64,000 nucleotides of DNA from Opitutia bacterium (lineage in GTDB: Bacteria > Verrucomicrobiota > Verrucomicrobiia > Opitutales > Opitutaceae). The position numbers were made by a program, and so were the translations under genes. Position 1 is the first letter of the stretch. Each line of letters begins with the position of its first letter. The notes under the pieces were generated by a model. The model saw only the letters and a list, made by a program, of their open reading frames with translations, had not been told where the DNA came from and did not search any database. Of this stretch, positions 11,432 to 21,021 are shown one piece after another. The stretch lies in NCBI GenBank assembly GCA_947478395.1, contig CANJVR010000001.1:544001-608000 (forward strand), given 5' to 3'.

Positions 11432-12913
11432 TTAGGGCGCAGCCTGCGGTGAGGGACTCACCACATAGCGATGGGTTACGGTGCCCGTTTTTCGTCCGTC
11501 CCGCTCCGCGTTGGCCGGGTAAGCGCGGACGTATTCGACGGTCGCACCTGGGGGCGCGACACTGACGCGCAAAATTCCCGACGCACCTTGAATCACTCCG
11601 CTCTTGTAACCGTATTCCTCTGCACTGCGCACGTCGTCGGCTCGCGCGTGGCCTGGCTGCGGCACGAGTTGGTAGACGACACCATCCCTTTCCTGCCGGT
11701 CGTAAAAATGATCGTGTCCGTGAAAAACGATCGAAACGCCGGACCGCACCAAGAGGTCGTGGATCGGAATGCCCCAACCGGGCCGGTGCGCAGCGAACGT
11801 ATCCCGACCGTCGAGCTCGTGACCACCCCACTCGAAAAATTGCGAGGCCTCCGCGCCGCCCCGGCCCTCACGACTCTCGCCGCCCACGAGATTGTGGAGA
11901 AATAGAAATTTGTAAGGAGCCGGGCTGGTTTCCAGCGTGCGTTTCAGCCAATCGTATTGGGGCCGGCCCAACGTGCGGCCCCAGTTGTCGGCGTCGCGGC
12001 CCCCGCTTGTGCTGAACCAATACGGGTCGAGCACGACAAAAAGTGCATCGCCCCATTCGAACGCATAGTAATCTTGGAGCATCCCCGCCGAAGGATGCGG
12101 CACCGGATTTCCGCTATAGAATCCATCCGGCACCGGATTCAAAAAATATTTTTTCCGCATCGCATTCGACCAAATGGCCATCGCGTCGGCGCCGTTCCCG
12201 CGCCGCTTGATCTCTTCACCGTCATGGTTGCCCAGCGCCAAGAACACCGGCGCTCCGCGTCCAATGAGCCCGAGATAATATCTCTGCGCCAAATACTGCG
12301 GGAGCGCATCGTGAAAATCGTTGCGCTTGTCCGTCATGAAGGTGTCGCCGAGGTCGAAATGAAAATCCGGCCCGGCCGCGAGCGCGTTCGCCAGGCTCTT
12401 GCTGTAAACGTCCGGATCCGTCCCGAAATCCAAATGCGAATCGGATTGCACGGTAAAGGTGAACGCCGCTCCGCGCGCTCGAGCCGTGGAAAAGCTATAC
12501 ACGGCGCTGACCGCTGCCTCGTCACCCGACTCCGGCCTAAATTGATAAAAATAGCGGGTGTTCGACTTGAGTCCGCGGAGCACGATCTCTTCCGGCTGGT
12601 CTCGCGCGAAGGTGCGCGCGGGCACACTCGCCGTAAGTTTGTCTGCCGCTTCGCCGTAGACGATGGTCGCTCGCAGCTCGCGATAAGCCAGCACGCTCAA
12701 CGTGACCGAGTCGCGCGTCGGCCGCCCAAGGATGAGATCGTAGCGATGCGCAGGGACATCCGTGACAAAAGCCAAGGTCGGCATCCGCGCACCGCCGCTG
12801 CCTCCGCCATTTTCGCCTCGGCGCGGCTGAGCTTGAAGCCAAATCGCGCCCAGTATTACGCTCAGCGCAATGCGCAAGATTCCCGTCGGATTTCCGGCGA
12901 GAGGAAGCTTCAT
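11432..12913 (-). CDS. Secreted metallophosphoesterase (purple acid phosphatase-like, with FN3-like N-domain)
   Basis: SDSH, DLGD, LGNHD, FHGHDHFY calcineurin-like motifs; GLKSNTRYFY FN3-like segment. Confidence 0.85.
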   Translation of the reverse strand: MKLPLAGNPTGILRIALSVILGAIWLQAQPRRGENGGGSGGARMPTLAFVTDVPAHRYDLILGRPTRDSVTLSVLAYRELRATIVYGEAADKLTASVPARTFARDQPEEIVLRGLKSNTRYFYQFRPESGDEAAVSAVYSFSTARARGAAFTFTVQSDSHLDFGTDPDVYSKSLANALAAGPDFHFDLGDTFMTDKRNDFHDALPQYLAQRYYLGLIGRGAPVFLALGNHDGEEIKRRGNGADAMAIWSNAMRKKYFLNPVPDGFYSGNPVPHPSAGMLQDYYAFEWGDALFVVLDPYWFSTSGGRDADNWGRTLGRPQYDWLKRTLETSPAPYKFLFLHNLVGGESREGRGGAEASQFFEWGGHELDGRDTFAAHRPGWGIPIHDLLVRSGVSIVFHGHDHFYDRQERDGVVYQLVPQPGHARADDVRSAEEYGYKSGVIQGASGILRVSVAPPGATVEYVRAYPANAERDGRKTGTVTHRYVVSPSPQAAP

Positions 12914-14310
12914 GGATTTGCCCTCGGCCGCCCGCCTTTGACGCCGCCCCGCGGCCCCGGCGGTAAGTCATTCGAGTCTTTTTTGGTGGGATCGTAGTCC
13001 GGATTTCGCACCGCCATTTGGGCGTTCACGTTTTTAAGATAGGCCGCGAGACGACCGTCGAGGTCGGCAACTTTTTCCGGCATCGAGACGGCGAGGTTTC
13101 GGCGCTCAGAGGCGTCGCGCGAAAGATCGTAGAGAAAGCGGCCCCCGTTTTCGTAGACGTGAATCAGTTTGTACGATCCGACCATGATCGCCGACGCCGG
13201 TCCCAGATTACCGGAATCGTAATGCGGGAAATGAAAAATTAATTCCTCGCGCTCCCGGCTCACGACGCCAGCGCCCACTTTGTCCCGCCAAAGACCGACC
13301 AAACTTCCACCTTCGACGCCGGCAGGAATCGGCGCCTTCACTCCGGCCAGTTCCACGACGCTCGGCAGAACATCCATCGCCGTTACCGGCACGTGCGAGC
13401 AGACGTTCGCCGCGACACCGGGTCCACGAATCAGAAACGGCACCCGCAAACCGCCCTCGAGCACCCCGCCCTTGCCCCCGTTCAAGGGTTCATTCGCGCC
13501 CCGACCGGGCGCACCGTGATCAGCGGTATAGATCACGAACGTATTTTCAGTGAGCCCCAAACGATCAAGCGCGTCGAGCAGCCGCGATACGGTTTTGTCC
13601 ACTTCCGCGGCGTCGGCCGCTGCGCCCACGGCTCCTCGGTTGGCCGCTTTCTGTTCCTGATTAGGGTAGTGCGAGAGCTGCAGATAGAACGGCCGTCCGG
13701 CTTGCGCAGCGCGCGCGATGAAAGCGATGCCGCGATCCGTCATGCCTTCAGCCTGCTTGGGATTCGGATTGGCGACGTTGTCCGGTCCTCCGTTGTTCGT
13801 CGGTCCGTCACTTTCGTCGAAGCCATGCCGGAGAGGTGAAACCCGTCCGAGGTGCCACTTACCAAAATGCGCTGTGATGTAGCCGGCGTTTTTCAAAAGC
13901 TCGGGCAACGTCGTCTCGGCGGTCGGCAATTCCAGCAGCGGCTCGGGCGGAATCAGGACACTGCCCGTGCGCGAAAACGTGCTGTCACGCCCAATGCCCA
14001 CAAAGGTCATGTGCAGTACCGCGGGACTTTTCCCCGTCAGCAGCGCGGCGCGGGAGGGGGTGCAGCGGGGCGACGCCGCGTAGCCGTAGGCAAAGCGCAT
14101 ACCCTCCCGCGCCAAACGCTCAACCGCTGGGGTCCGAAAGATCGGACTTTTCGACTCGGGGCTGCGATCGTCCATCGCAACCGAGGTATTCGACCAGCCC
14201 TGAGCCTCGGTCATAATCACCACGAAATTCGGCGATCGCGCCGCCGCGGCCGACCAGCCTTGCCCAGCGGCGAACAAGGTCAGCACGAGACCGATAAAGG
14301 ACTTTTTCAT
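12910..14310 (-). CDS. Sulfatase-family protein (atypical metal ligands)
   Basis: CTPSRAALLTG formylglycine motif, GYITAHFGKWHLG, GGKGGVLEGGLRVP; signal peptide from ATG 14310. Confidence 0.85.
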   Translation of the reverse strand: MKKSFIGLVLTLFAAGQGWSAAAARSPNFVVIMTEAQGWSNTSVAMDDRSPESKSPIFRTPAVERLAREGMRFAYGYAASPRCTPSRAALLTGKSPAVLHMTFVGIGRDSTFSRTGSVLIPPEPLLELPTAETTLPELLKNAGYITAHFGKWHLGRVSPLRHGFDESDGPTNNGGPDNVANPNPKQAEGMTDRGIAFIARAAQAGRPFYLQLSHYPNQEQKAANRGAVGAAADAAEVDKTVSRLLDALDRLGLTENTFVIYTADHGAPGRGANEPLNGGKGGVLEGGLRVPFLIRGPGVAANVCSHVPVTAMDVLPSVVELAGVKAPIPAGVEGGSLVGLWRDKVGAGVVSREREELIFHFPHYDSGNLGPASAIMVGSYKLIHVYENGGRFLYDLSRDASERRNLAVSMPEKVADLDGRLAAYLKNVNAQMAVRNPDYDPTKKDSNDLPPGPRGGVKGGRPRANP

Positions 14311-14327
14311 GGGAGCAGAAAATGTTC

Positions 14328-16019
14328 TCAACGATCCGGCCGGGGCGGCCGACCCCGCCCGTCGTTCGGCGCGGCGGAACGTTCGTCACCAGGACGAGAA
14401 TAGATGACCTTAAGCTCCGCGCGGTCGAGGATGCGATCCTTCATGGCCGCCAGCAGCACATCGCGACTCACGGCGGAAGCAGCGACGGCAATGTCCACCG
14501 GCGCGGAAAGCGCGTAGACCGAAAGAATGTATGTCTTCGGACCAGGGCCCTTCGAGTGCGGCGGCGCATAGCCCACGCGTCCCGTGATGCTATTGCTTCC
14601 GAGCGTGCCAACGCCCTGCACATTTCGCGGCAGACTCTGAATGTCTGCCGGAAGATTATAGAGCGTCCAATACCACTTGATCAGACCCTCCGGATCGACG
14701 TGGTGCATGATCACGGCGTAACTTTTCGTCGCTGCCGGCGCACCGGCCCATTCCAACGGCGGGGTGGCACTCGAGCCGTCGCCGGTGAAATCCACGGGGA
14801 GGTTGCCGCCGTCGACGACCACCGGACTTTTGAGCACAAAACCTTCCGCGCGCTTCGGCACGGACGCCGGCGGCGCCTCCGTGCGGCGCGAACCACCCGA
14901 TGAAGGCAGATCGTTGCGTTCGCGCGGCGGCGGTCCGCCGTTTCGTGCGCCGCCACGACCTCCATTATAAATTTGGTCGGTCGTGGAACCGTCAGCCGCC
15001 ACGTATTGAAATTTCCATCCACCGTCGGCCGTCGCGGTATAGTTCACTGCGGCCGGTCGCCCATTCAGGGTATATTTGAGCGAAAATGTTTTTTGGTCGG
15101 CCGACGCGGTGAATCCGGTAATGGCCGTACCCCGTAGCGGCGCCGTCGCCGGGCGCACCGAACGCGCCCTCGGTTGCGGATCGACTTGACCGTCTCGCTC
15201 CACGACCTCGCCGTGAAAACCACCGTTGACGTAGGGATATTTCAGCGACGCGTGATAGTGGTAACCGAGCGCTGAAGTCGTGTGACCGTTGAAGGCATCG
15301 AGATTTCCCGCCGGTGAACCATCGGGCTCCGTCAGCCCAAAGATCGCATAGCCATCGAGGGCAAACGCGATCGGCTTTTCAGCGCCCAGGACGCTTTGCA
15401 GATGCAAGGGCGCGACGTGGTAGTGGTAGTCATCTGCCCGGCCGCCGTGTCCGCCCCAGCGATCAAGTTCGCCAATTTCCTGCGAGAGTTCACCCCGATT
15501 GTTTTGCGGATTGAAGATCGGAATACCATTCGCCGCGAGGGCGATGGCGCCCCGGAGAAATCGATCCCTGATCGATTGCGGCTGGGTCGCTGGAACCGGC
15601 CGCAGGGGAATGCGCCAGGCGTTGTCACCGAAATACGGCTGGGGCAGCGGCACTTGCTGCTGCCAGGCGGTGATCCCGATCATCATGTCGTGCGCGGGCA
15701 GACCGTTGCTCTCGACGTAGAGAAAATCGCGATCCCATCGTATGCTCACCCGGGGCGCGAAGGCCGCGAACGGCGCGGCTTGCACCGGACGATTGTCCGC
15801 AGCCTGACTCGTTCCCGCGCCGATGGCCCGCGTTGCCCCCGCTTGCGCGAAAACCCCGGCACGCACCACGGCCACCAGCGGCGGCGATAGCGACGCATCG
15901 TAGTGAGGGTGCAACGGATCGCCGGTCACGTTATGCGCCAGCACGGGCACCGCCCCTCTCATAATGAACGCCCCGACCACACCACTCCACGCGAGCCTTC
16001 GCATCGAATTCATGCCCAA
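14328..16019 (-). CDS. YHYH-domain protein fused to a YbhB/YbcL (PEBP/Raf kinase inhibitor-like) domain
   Basis: Two YHYH motifs (DDYHYH, GYHYH), FALDGYAIFG; C-terminal TPPLEW...YAVIMHHVDP...WTLYNLP...GYAPPHSKGPGPKTYILSVYAL. Confidence 0.85.
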   Translation of the reverse strand: MGMNSMRRLAWSGVVGAFIMRGAVPVLAHNVTGDPLHPHYDASLSPPLVAVVRAGVFAQAGATRAIGAGTSQAADNRPVQAAPFAAFAPRVSIRWDRDFLYVESNGLPAHDMMIGITAWQQQVPLPQPYFGDNAWRIPLRPVPATQPQSIRDRFLRGAIALAANGIPIFNPQNNRGELSQEIGELDRWGGHGGRADDYHYHVAPLHLQSVLGAEKPIAFALDGYAIFGLTEPDGSPAGNLDAFNGHTTSALGYHYHASLKYPYVNGGFHGEVVERDGQVDPQPRARSVRPATAPLRGTAITGFTASADQKTFSLKYTLNGRPAAVNYTATADGGWKFQYVAADGSTTDQIYNGGRGGARNGGPPPRERNDLPSSGGSRRTEAPPASVPKRAEGFVLKSPVVVDGGNLPVDFTGDGSSATPPLEWAGAPAATKSYAVIMHHVDPEGLIKWYWTLYNLPADIQSLPRNVQGVGTLGSNSITGRVGYAPPHSKGPGPKTYILSVYALSAPVDIAVAASAVSRDVLLAAMKDRILDRAELKVIYSRPGDERSAAPNDGRGRPPRPDR

Positions 16020-16057
16020 CGCTACCCGCGCCGCATTAAACCAACCCGCGCGTTTGG

Positions 16058-16073
16058 ATTAATATCCTGTCAT
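16058..16073. promoter_or_regulatory. Candidate heavy-metal response-regulator box (CusR/CzcR-like)
   Basis: ATTAA-TATCCT-GTCAT (5-N6-5 imperfect inverted repeat, followed by TTTT) in the roughly 100-bp spacer between the divergent YHYH operon and the response regulator. Confidence 0.5.
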
Positions 16074-16120
16074 TTTTGGCGGCTTGACCCGACCTTCGGC
16101 TCGACGGGAGATGAACAGAC

Positions 16121-16816
16121 GTGAAAATCCTGGTGCTGGAGGATGACAAAAAACTCGCCGGGCTGCTCAGCAAGGGACTTGAGGCGCAGGGCTTCACCGT
16201 GGATTTTTGCGACCATGGCGACGAGGCCTACGCACTCGCGATGACGCGTTCCTACGACGCTCTGGTCCTTGACATCATGGTCCCCGGCCGCGACGGCCTG
16301 AGTATTCTGCGTAATCTCCGCGAGCATCACCTCGCCGTGCCGATCGTACTCGTGACGGCGCGCAGCGCGCTCAACGAACGCCTGGAGGGCCTCAACCTCG
16401 GTGCCGATGACTACCTCACCAAACCGTTCTATGTCGATGAGCTCATCGCGCGCCTACACGCCGTCACACGGCGCGCCGCCGGAAACGCCCTCACCCTCCT
16501 TCAGCACGGCCCCGTAACGATCAACCTCATCACGCGCGAAACCCGGCGCGCCGGCGAACTCGTCGCCCTCACCGCACGGGAATTTGCCCTGCTCACCTAC
16601 CTGCTCCGCTCCCCCGGGCGGACTTTCACGCGAGCGCAAATCTGCGAGCACGTGTGGAATTACCATTTCGATCCCGGCACGAATCTCGTCGATGTCTATG
16701 TCCAGCGCCTGCGCCGCAAACTGGAGACTGACCCCGAGGTCTCTCTGATCGAGACGGTCCGCGGTGTCGGCTACCGTGCCCGGGTGCGGCCCGCCAGCCC
16801 GCCACTTCCCCCGTGA
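16121..16816 (+). CDS. OmpR-family response regulator (CusR/CzcR-like)
   Basis: LVLEDD, LDIMVPGRDG, GADDYLTKPF, TNLVDVYVQRLRRK, IETVRGVGY. Confidence 0.92.
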   Translation: MKILVLEDDKKLAGLLSKGLEAQGFTVDFCDHGDEAYALAMTRSYDALVLDIMVPGRDGLSILRNLREHHLAVPIVLVTARSALNERLEGLNLGADDYLTKPFYVDELIARLHAVTRRAAGNALTLLQHGPVTINLITRETRRAGELVALTAREFALLTYLLRSPGRTFTRAQICEHVWNYHFDPGTNLVDVYVQRLRRKLETDPEVSLIETVRGVGYRARVRPASPPLPP

Positions 16817-18276
16817 ACTCTTTCCGGCTCCGGCTCGCCCTGCTCGTCGGTTCGATCACCGCCGCCCTGCTCCTCGCGGCGGGCCTACTCGCGTGGCAAA
16901 TCACGATCCGGTTCAATCTCGACCGCCTCGACCGCGAATTGCGCAACCTGGGCGCGGCGAACCTTGATCGCGTCGTGGGCGACGAACATTGGCGCCGGGT
17001 CGAAAGTGCGCTCCGCTTCGTGTCCGGGGCGGATCGACCGCCCGGTTACGCCCTGTGGGTCGAGAATTACGGGCGCACGATCTACCGCTCCCCCCATTGG
17101 CCGGAAAAAATTTCTCCGGCCTCGCTGCCGAAACCAGGCCCCTATGAAGGCGGCCTGACGTTTTCTACCCTGCCTCCACCGCCGCGCCCAGGTGAATCAC
17201 TTTCGCCGCGCAACCCGCCGCTGCCGCGCCGCGAACCCATTTTCTTAGATGCGTCGGCGGACGGCCATGCGTGGCGGCTCGCGGTGATGGGGACGCCGTA
17301 CACCACACTCGTACTCGCGGCCGATAGCGACGACTTCAACGCCAGCCTCGTCCGGTTGCGCCACGTTTTTCTCACGGCGTTACCCGGGGCGCTTTTGCTG
17401 GTCGGTGGCGGAGCCTGGTTTCTCGCCGGGCGCGCAATGCGACCCGTGCGCGCCTTCTCCCAAGCGGCCGAACGCGTGACCGCGCGCGGGCTCGATCAGC
17501 GCATCGTCACGCCCGCCAACGATCGCGAGTTCCAGCGACTCGTCACCGTGTTCAATGAAATGATGGACCGGCTTGAAACCAGTTTTCATCAGGCCACGCG
17601 TTTCAGCGCCGACGCTTCGCACGAACTAAAAACGCCGCTCGCCTTGCTTCAGGCCGAGCTGGAACACGGCCTCGCCTCGGCTCCCCCCGGTTCTGCGCAA
17701 CAACAAACCTGCTCCAGCCTCCTCGAGGAAGTTCACCGTCTCACTGCGATTGTGGAGAAACTGCTCCTGCTTTCCCTGGCCGACGCGGGCCGCCTCGAAC
17801 TTCATCTCGAATCGGTCGATGCCGCTCCGATCCTCGCGAACGTAATCGAGGACTGCGCCGCGCTGGCACCACATCTCAAAGTCGAAAGCCCTGTCACCCT
17901 CCCCCAAGCCTTGGTGCGGGCGGACATCGTCCTGCTCGAACAGGCGCTCCAAAATCTCGGGGGCAATGCGATCAAATACAATCGGGACGGCGGACGGATC
18001 CGCTTCGAAATCGCCGTCGAACAAAACCGCGTTGCGATTTCCATCGGCAACACCGGCCCCGGCATTTCCGCAGCCGATCGCGTTCACCTATTCGAAAGGT
18101 TTCATCGCGGCGATCGTGCGCGCCGGCGCCAACCCGGCGCCGGCGTGGGGCTCGGCCTGAGCCTCTCCCGGGAAATTCTCCGCGCGCACGGCGGCGACCT
18201 CACGCTCGCTCCATCGCCCGACGACTGGACGCTTTTTATTGTGACGCTCCCATTCGCGTCCGCTCCCCCTGCCTAA
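16813..18276 (+). CDS. Sensor histidine kinase (CusS/CzcS-like)
   Basis: Two TM segments, HAMP, FSADASHELKTPL H-box, NAIKYN, NTGPGI, GVGLGLSL; overlaps the regulator stop (GTGA). Confidence 0.92.
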   Translation: MNSFRLRLALLVGSITAALLLAAGLLAWQITIRFNLDRLDRELRNLGAANLDRVVGDEHWRRVESALRFVSGADRPPGYALWVENYGRTIYRSPHWPEKISPASLPKPGPYEGGLTFSTLPPPPRPGESLSPRNPPLPRREPIFLDASADGHAWRLAVMGTPYTTLVLAADSDDFNASLVRLRHVFLTALPGALLLVGGGAWFLAGRAMRPVRAFSQAAERVTARGLDQRIVTPANDREFQRLVTVFNEMMDRLETSFHQATRFSADASHELKTPLALLQAELEHGLASAPPGSAQQQTCSSLLEEVHRLTAIVEKLLLLSLADAGRLELHLESVDAAPILANVIEDCAALAPHLKVESPVTLPQALVRADIVLLEQALQNLGGNAIKYNRDGGRIRFEIAVEQNRVAISIGNTGPGISAADRVHLFERFHRGDRARRRQPGAGVGLGLSLSREILRAHGGDLTLAPSPDDWTLFIVTLPFASAPPA

Positions 18277-18366
18277 AGCGACGCCACTTCCTTGGCGTTT
18301 TCACGGAGGAAACAATTTCCGGCGCGCGCTCTCGCGGCAGACGGGGCGAAGAAACGCAGGTAACGA

Positions 18367-18438
18367 AGTCGCGGCAGGCGTCCCTGCCTGTCGAAACTAG
18401 GCAGCCGAACACGGCAGGCCGGGACGCCCGCCGCGACT
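18367..18438 (+). repeat. Degenerate REP doublet of family A
   Basis: AGTCGCGGCAGGCGTCCCTGCCTG...CGGCAGGCCGGGACGCCCGCCGCGACT. Confidence 0.7.
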
Positions 18439-18718
18439 TACCCGTTTCAGCCCCCTCATGAAAGTGGACCACGCCAAACTGTCCGACTCCGTCAGTACCC
18501 GCGTTTTCAGAGGCGGTGGCCCATGGTCATAAACGGTCTCGTCACCTAATCCAGACGTCCGCGTATTCCTTGGTTCTACCCCTTCGCATCATGACTTTGC
18601 CTCGCTCCACTGCTGATGACACCCGTGCGGGTCCATCGATGAAGGGGGCTGGCGGCACCCAGCCCGTCGCTGACATGAGCTGCTCGAGCGCAAGCCGCAC
18701 GTTCAGTCCGGTCTCAGA

Positions 18719-19903
18719 ATGAGGTGCGCTGAAAAGCCCAAATTGAGCACAGGCCCGACGATAAAAGCGTTTAGGAGCGCGATCGCGTTGCTCATCCTCG
18801 CCTCGATCCAGGTCGTCCAGGCTCACGATCCGTTTTCGAGCGTCGCCAACGCCCGGATCGATGCCACCGGCACCACGGTCGAAATCACCCTTGGCCGCTC
18901 CACGGTGAGCAGCTCGTTTCCCGAACTGCCTCCGACGGTCGACGACGACAACCTCGCCGCCGCCACGTCGCGACTCAAAGAAATCGGTCGCGAGTTCTAT
19001 CGCATCACGACTACGTCCGGCTCGCTCAAGCCCGGCGAGGTCGAGGTCACGTTGTCGATCGAGAGCGACCTGATATTCACCGTACACTACCCGCGACCAC
19101 CGGAGGGTCCGGTAGATTTCCGCGCGGTTTACCTCGAAAAAATGCCGTCCGATCACGTCGGCACCCTCTTTGTCGAAGACGGAGCCGGACGGAATTTGGG
19201 CTGGAACTATCTTGATGCCACGAACCCGGCGTTGCGGATCACGTACCCCCTTGGTGCACCGGCAACGGCGGCCGCTTCGGCTGCGAATCCATCCGCGCCC
19301 GCCGCCGCACCCGACGCAGCCTTGACCGCGGCGGCCAACACGCCCCGCTTCCGCGCGTTTATAAAGCTCGGCGTCGAGCACATCCTCAAGGGCTACGATC
19401 ACCTGCTTTTTCTCTGCGGACTTCTGGTCGCCTGCCGCCGCCTGCGTTCGATGGCGGGAATTATCACGTGCTTCACCCTCGCGCACTCAATCACCCTCGC
19501 GCTCGCGGCGCTCGATGTGGTCACGATTCCCAGCCGGATCGTCGAACCCTTGATCGCGGCGTCCATTGTGTTCGTCGGCGTGGAAAACCTACTGCGCCGC
19601 GACTCCGAGCCCAAGGGCCGCTGGGCGCTCACGTTCGCGTTTGGCCTCGTGCACGGCTTCGGTTTCGCCAGCGCGCTCAAAGGCATCGGCCTCGGCTCCG
19701 GCGGCGCGTCGCTGGTGGCGCCGCTTTTCGGATTTAACCTCGGCGTGGAAATCGGCCAGCTCGGCGTCGCCGCCGTGGCCCTGCCGTTGCTGTTGAAACT
19801 CCGCCAACAGCCCGCCTTTGTTCGTTACGGTCTTCCCGTCGCTTCATCCATCGTCACGCTCTTGGGTGCCTACTGGCTCCTGCAACGCACGCTTCTCCCA
19901 TGA
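18719..19903 (+). CDS. HupE/UreJ-family protein with N-terminal soluble domain
   Basis: GVEHILKGYDHLLF, FTLAHSITL, FGLVHGFGFA, FNLGVEIGQL; mature N-terminus AH. Start uncertain. Confidence 0.88.
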   Translation: MRCAEKPKLSTGPTIKAFRSAIALLILASIQVVQAHDPFSSVANARIDATGTTVEITLGRSTVSSSFPELPPTVDDDNLAAATSRLKEIGREFYRITTTSGSLKPGEVEVTLSIESDLIFTVHYPRPPEGPVDFRAVYLEKMPSDHVGTLFVEDGAGRNLGWNYLDATNPALRITYPLGAPATAAASAANPSAPAAAPDAALTAAANTPRFRAFIKLGVEHILKGYDHLLFLCGLLVACRRLRSMAGIITCFTLAHSITLALAALDVVTIPSRIVEPLIAASIVFVGVENLLRRDSEPKGRWALTFAFGLVHGFGFASALKGIGLGSGGASLVAPLFGFNLGVEIGQLGVAAVALPLLLKLRQQPAFVRYGLPVASSIVTLLGAYWLLQRTLLP

Positions 19904-20988
19904 AAATTACCCCGCTCCTCCGCCTTTCATTCGCGCTCGGCGCCCTGCTCGGCGGGCTCCGTTGTGTCGCCCTCGAACGGCCCGACGTGCCTTTCAAGAT
20001 TTTCCAGTTCCCCGCCGACCAGATCCCGCGCATCGACGGCAAAATTGATGATTGGGCGATCGTGCCCGAGGACTACGTCGTGGGCACCGACAAGCTCGTC
20101 GACGATAGCGGCCGCGGTCGCGTGGTGGATCGCAAGAGCCTCGATATCCGGGTGCGCGTGGGCTGGGTGAAAGGTCTCAACCGCCTGTATTTTCTCTACG
20201 AGGCGACCGACGATTACTGGGATTTCGAGCAACCCGGACTGCACAACGACACGTTCGAAATCGTCGTCGATGGCGACATGTCGGGCGGACCGTTAATCGA
20301 CCGCTTCCACCCCGAGAAGGACCTGAATGCGCGCGACAAATATTTTTCGTTTCAAGGCGCGCACGCGCAGAACTACCACATCATGACGCCCGCCGAGGGC
20401 AAAGACTGGTGCATGGCGTGGGGCCCGCAGGCGTGGTGGATCAAGGATCTGCCCTACTCGAACGCGAAGTGCTTCTACACGTTCAAGCATGGCGAAGGCG
20501 GCAAGCTGGTCCTCGAGTTTTGGGTCACGCCCTTCGACTACGCGGGCGCCGAAGGTCCGGGACGCGCGGTCGAATCGGTGCTGCGCGAGAACAAGGACAT
20601 CGGCCTCTGCTGGGCCATTATCGATTACGATGGCGCGAACAAAGGCAGTAGTTTCTGGAATCTCTCGCCCAAACACACGATGTACGGCCAGGCGAGCGAG
20701 CTCGTGGCGTTTAAGTTGATGCCGCTCGAGCCCGCCTTCGTGAAACCGATCGAAGCCCAGTGGGCGTTCAAGACACTCGACATGGACCGTCGCCTGGTGG
20801 CGTTTCAGGACAAATCCGCTGGCAAGATCACGACTTGGAAATGGGATTTTGGCGACGGTACAACCTCCGGCGAACAACATCCGATTCACACCTATGCCAA
20901 GACCGGAACCTTTGTTGTGGTCCTCGACATCGAGGGGCCTGACGGCAAATCGCGTCGCTCAAAAATCTGGGACGTCGTTTTAAAATAG
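19900..20988 (+). CDS. Secreted protein with CBM9/DOMON-like region and C-terminal PKD domain
   Basis: IDGKIDDW, LYFLYEATDD; C-terminal WKWDFGDG...PIHTYAKTGTFVVVL. Confidence 0.75.
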   Translation: MKITPLLRLSFALGALLGGLRCVALERPDVPFKIFQFPADQIPRIDGKIDDWAIVPEDYVVGTDKLVDDSGRGRVVDRKSLDIRVRVGWVKGLNRLYFLYEATDDYWDFEQPGLHNDTFEIVVDGDMSGGPLIDRFHPEKDLNARDKYFSFQGAHAQNYHIMTPAEGKDWCMAWGPQAWWIKDLPYSNAKCFYTFKHGEGGKLVLEFWVTPFDYAGAEGPGRAVESVLRENKDIGLCWAIIDYDGANKGSSFWNLSPKHTMYGQASELVAFKLMPLEPAFVKPIEAQWAFKTLDMDRRLVAFQDKSAGKITTWKWDFGDGTTSGEQHPIHTYAKTGTFVVVLDIEGPDGKSRRSKIWDVVLK

Positions 20989-21021
20989 CCGTTCACCTCT
21001 TCCAACTCTCCCACCCGCTTT

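Noticed and set aside
18608..18670. CTGATGA suggesting a hammerhead ribozyme, or GCTGATGAC suggesting a fluoride riboswitch
   Set aside because: No GAAA after stem II for a hammerhead; no upstream GGYGATGG...CRCC helix for the fluoride motif.
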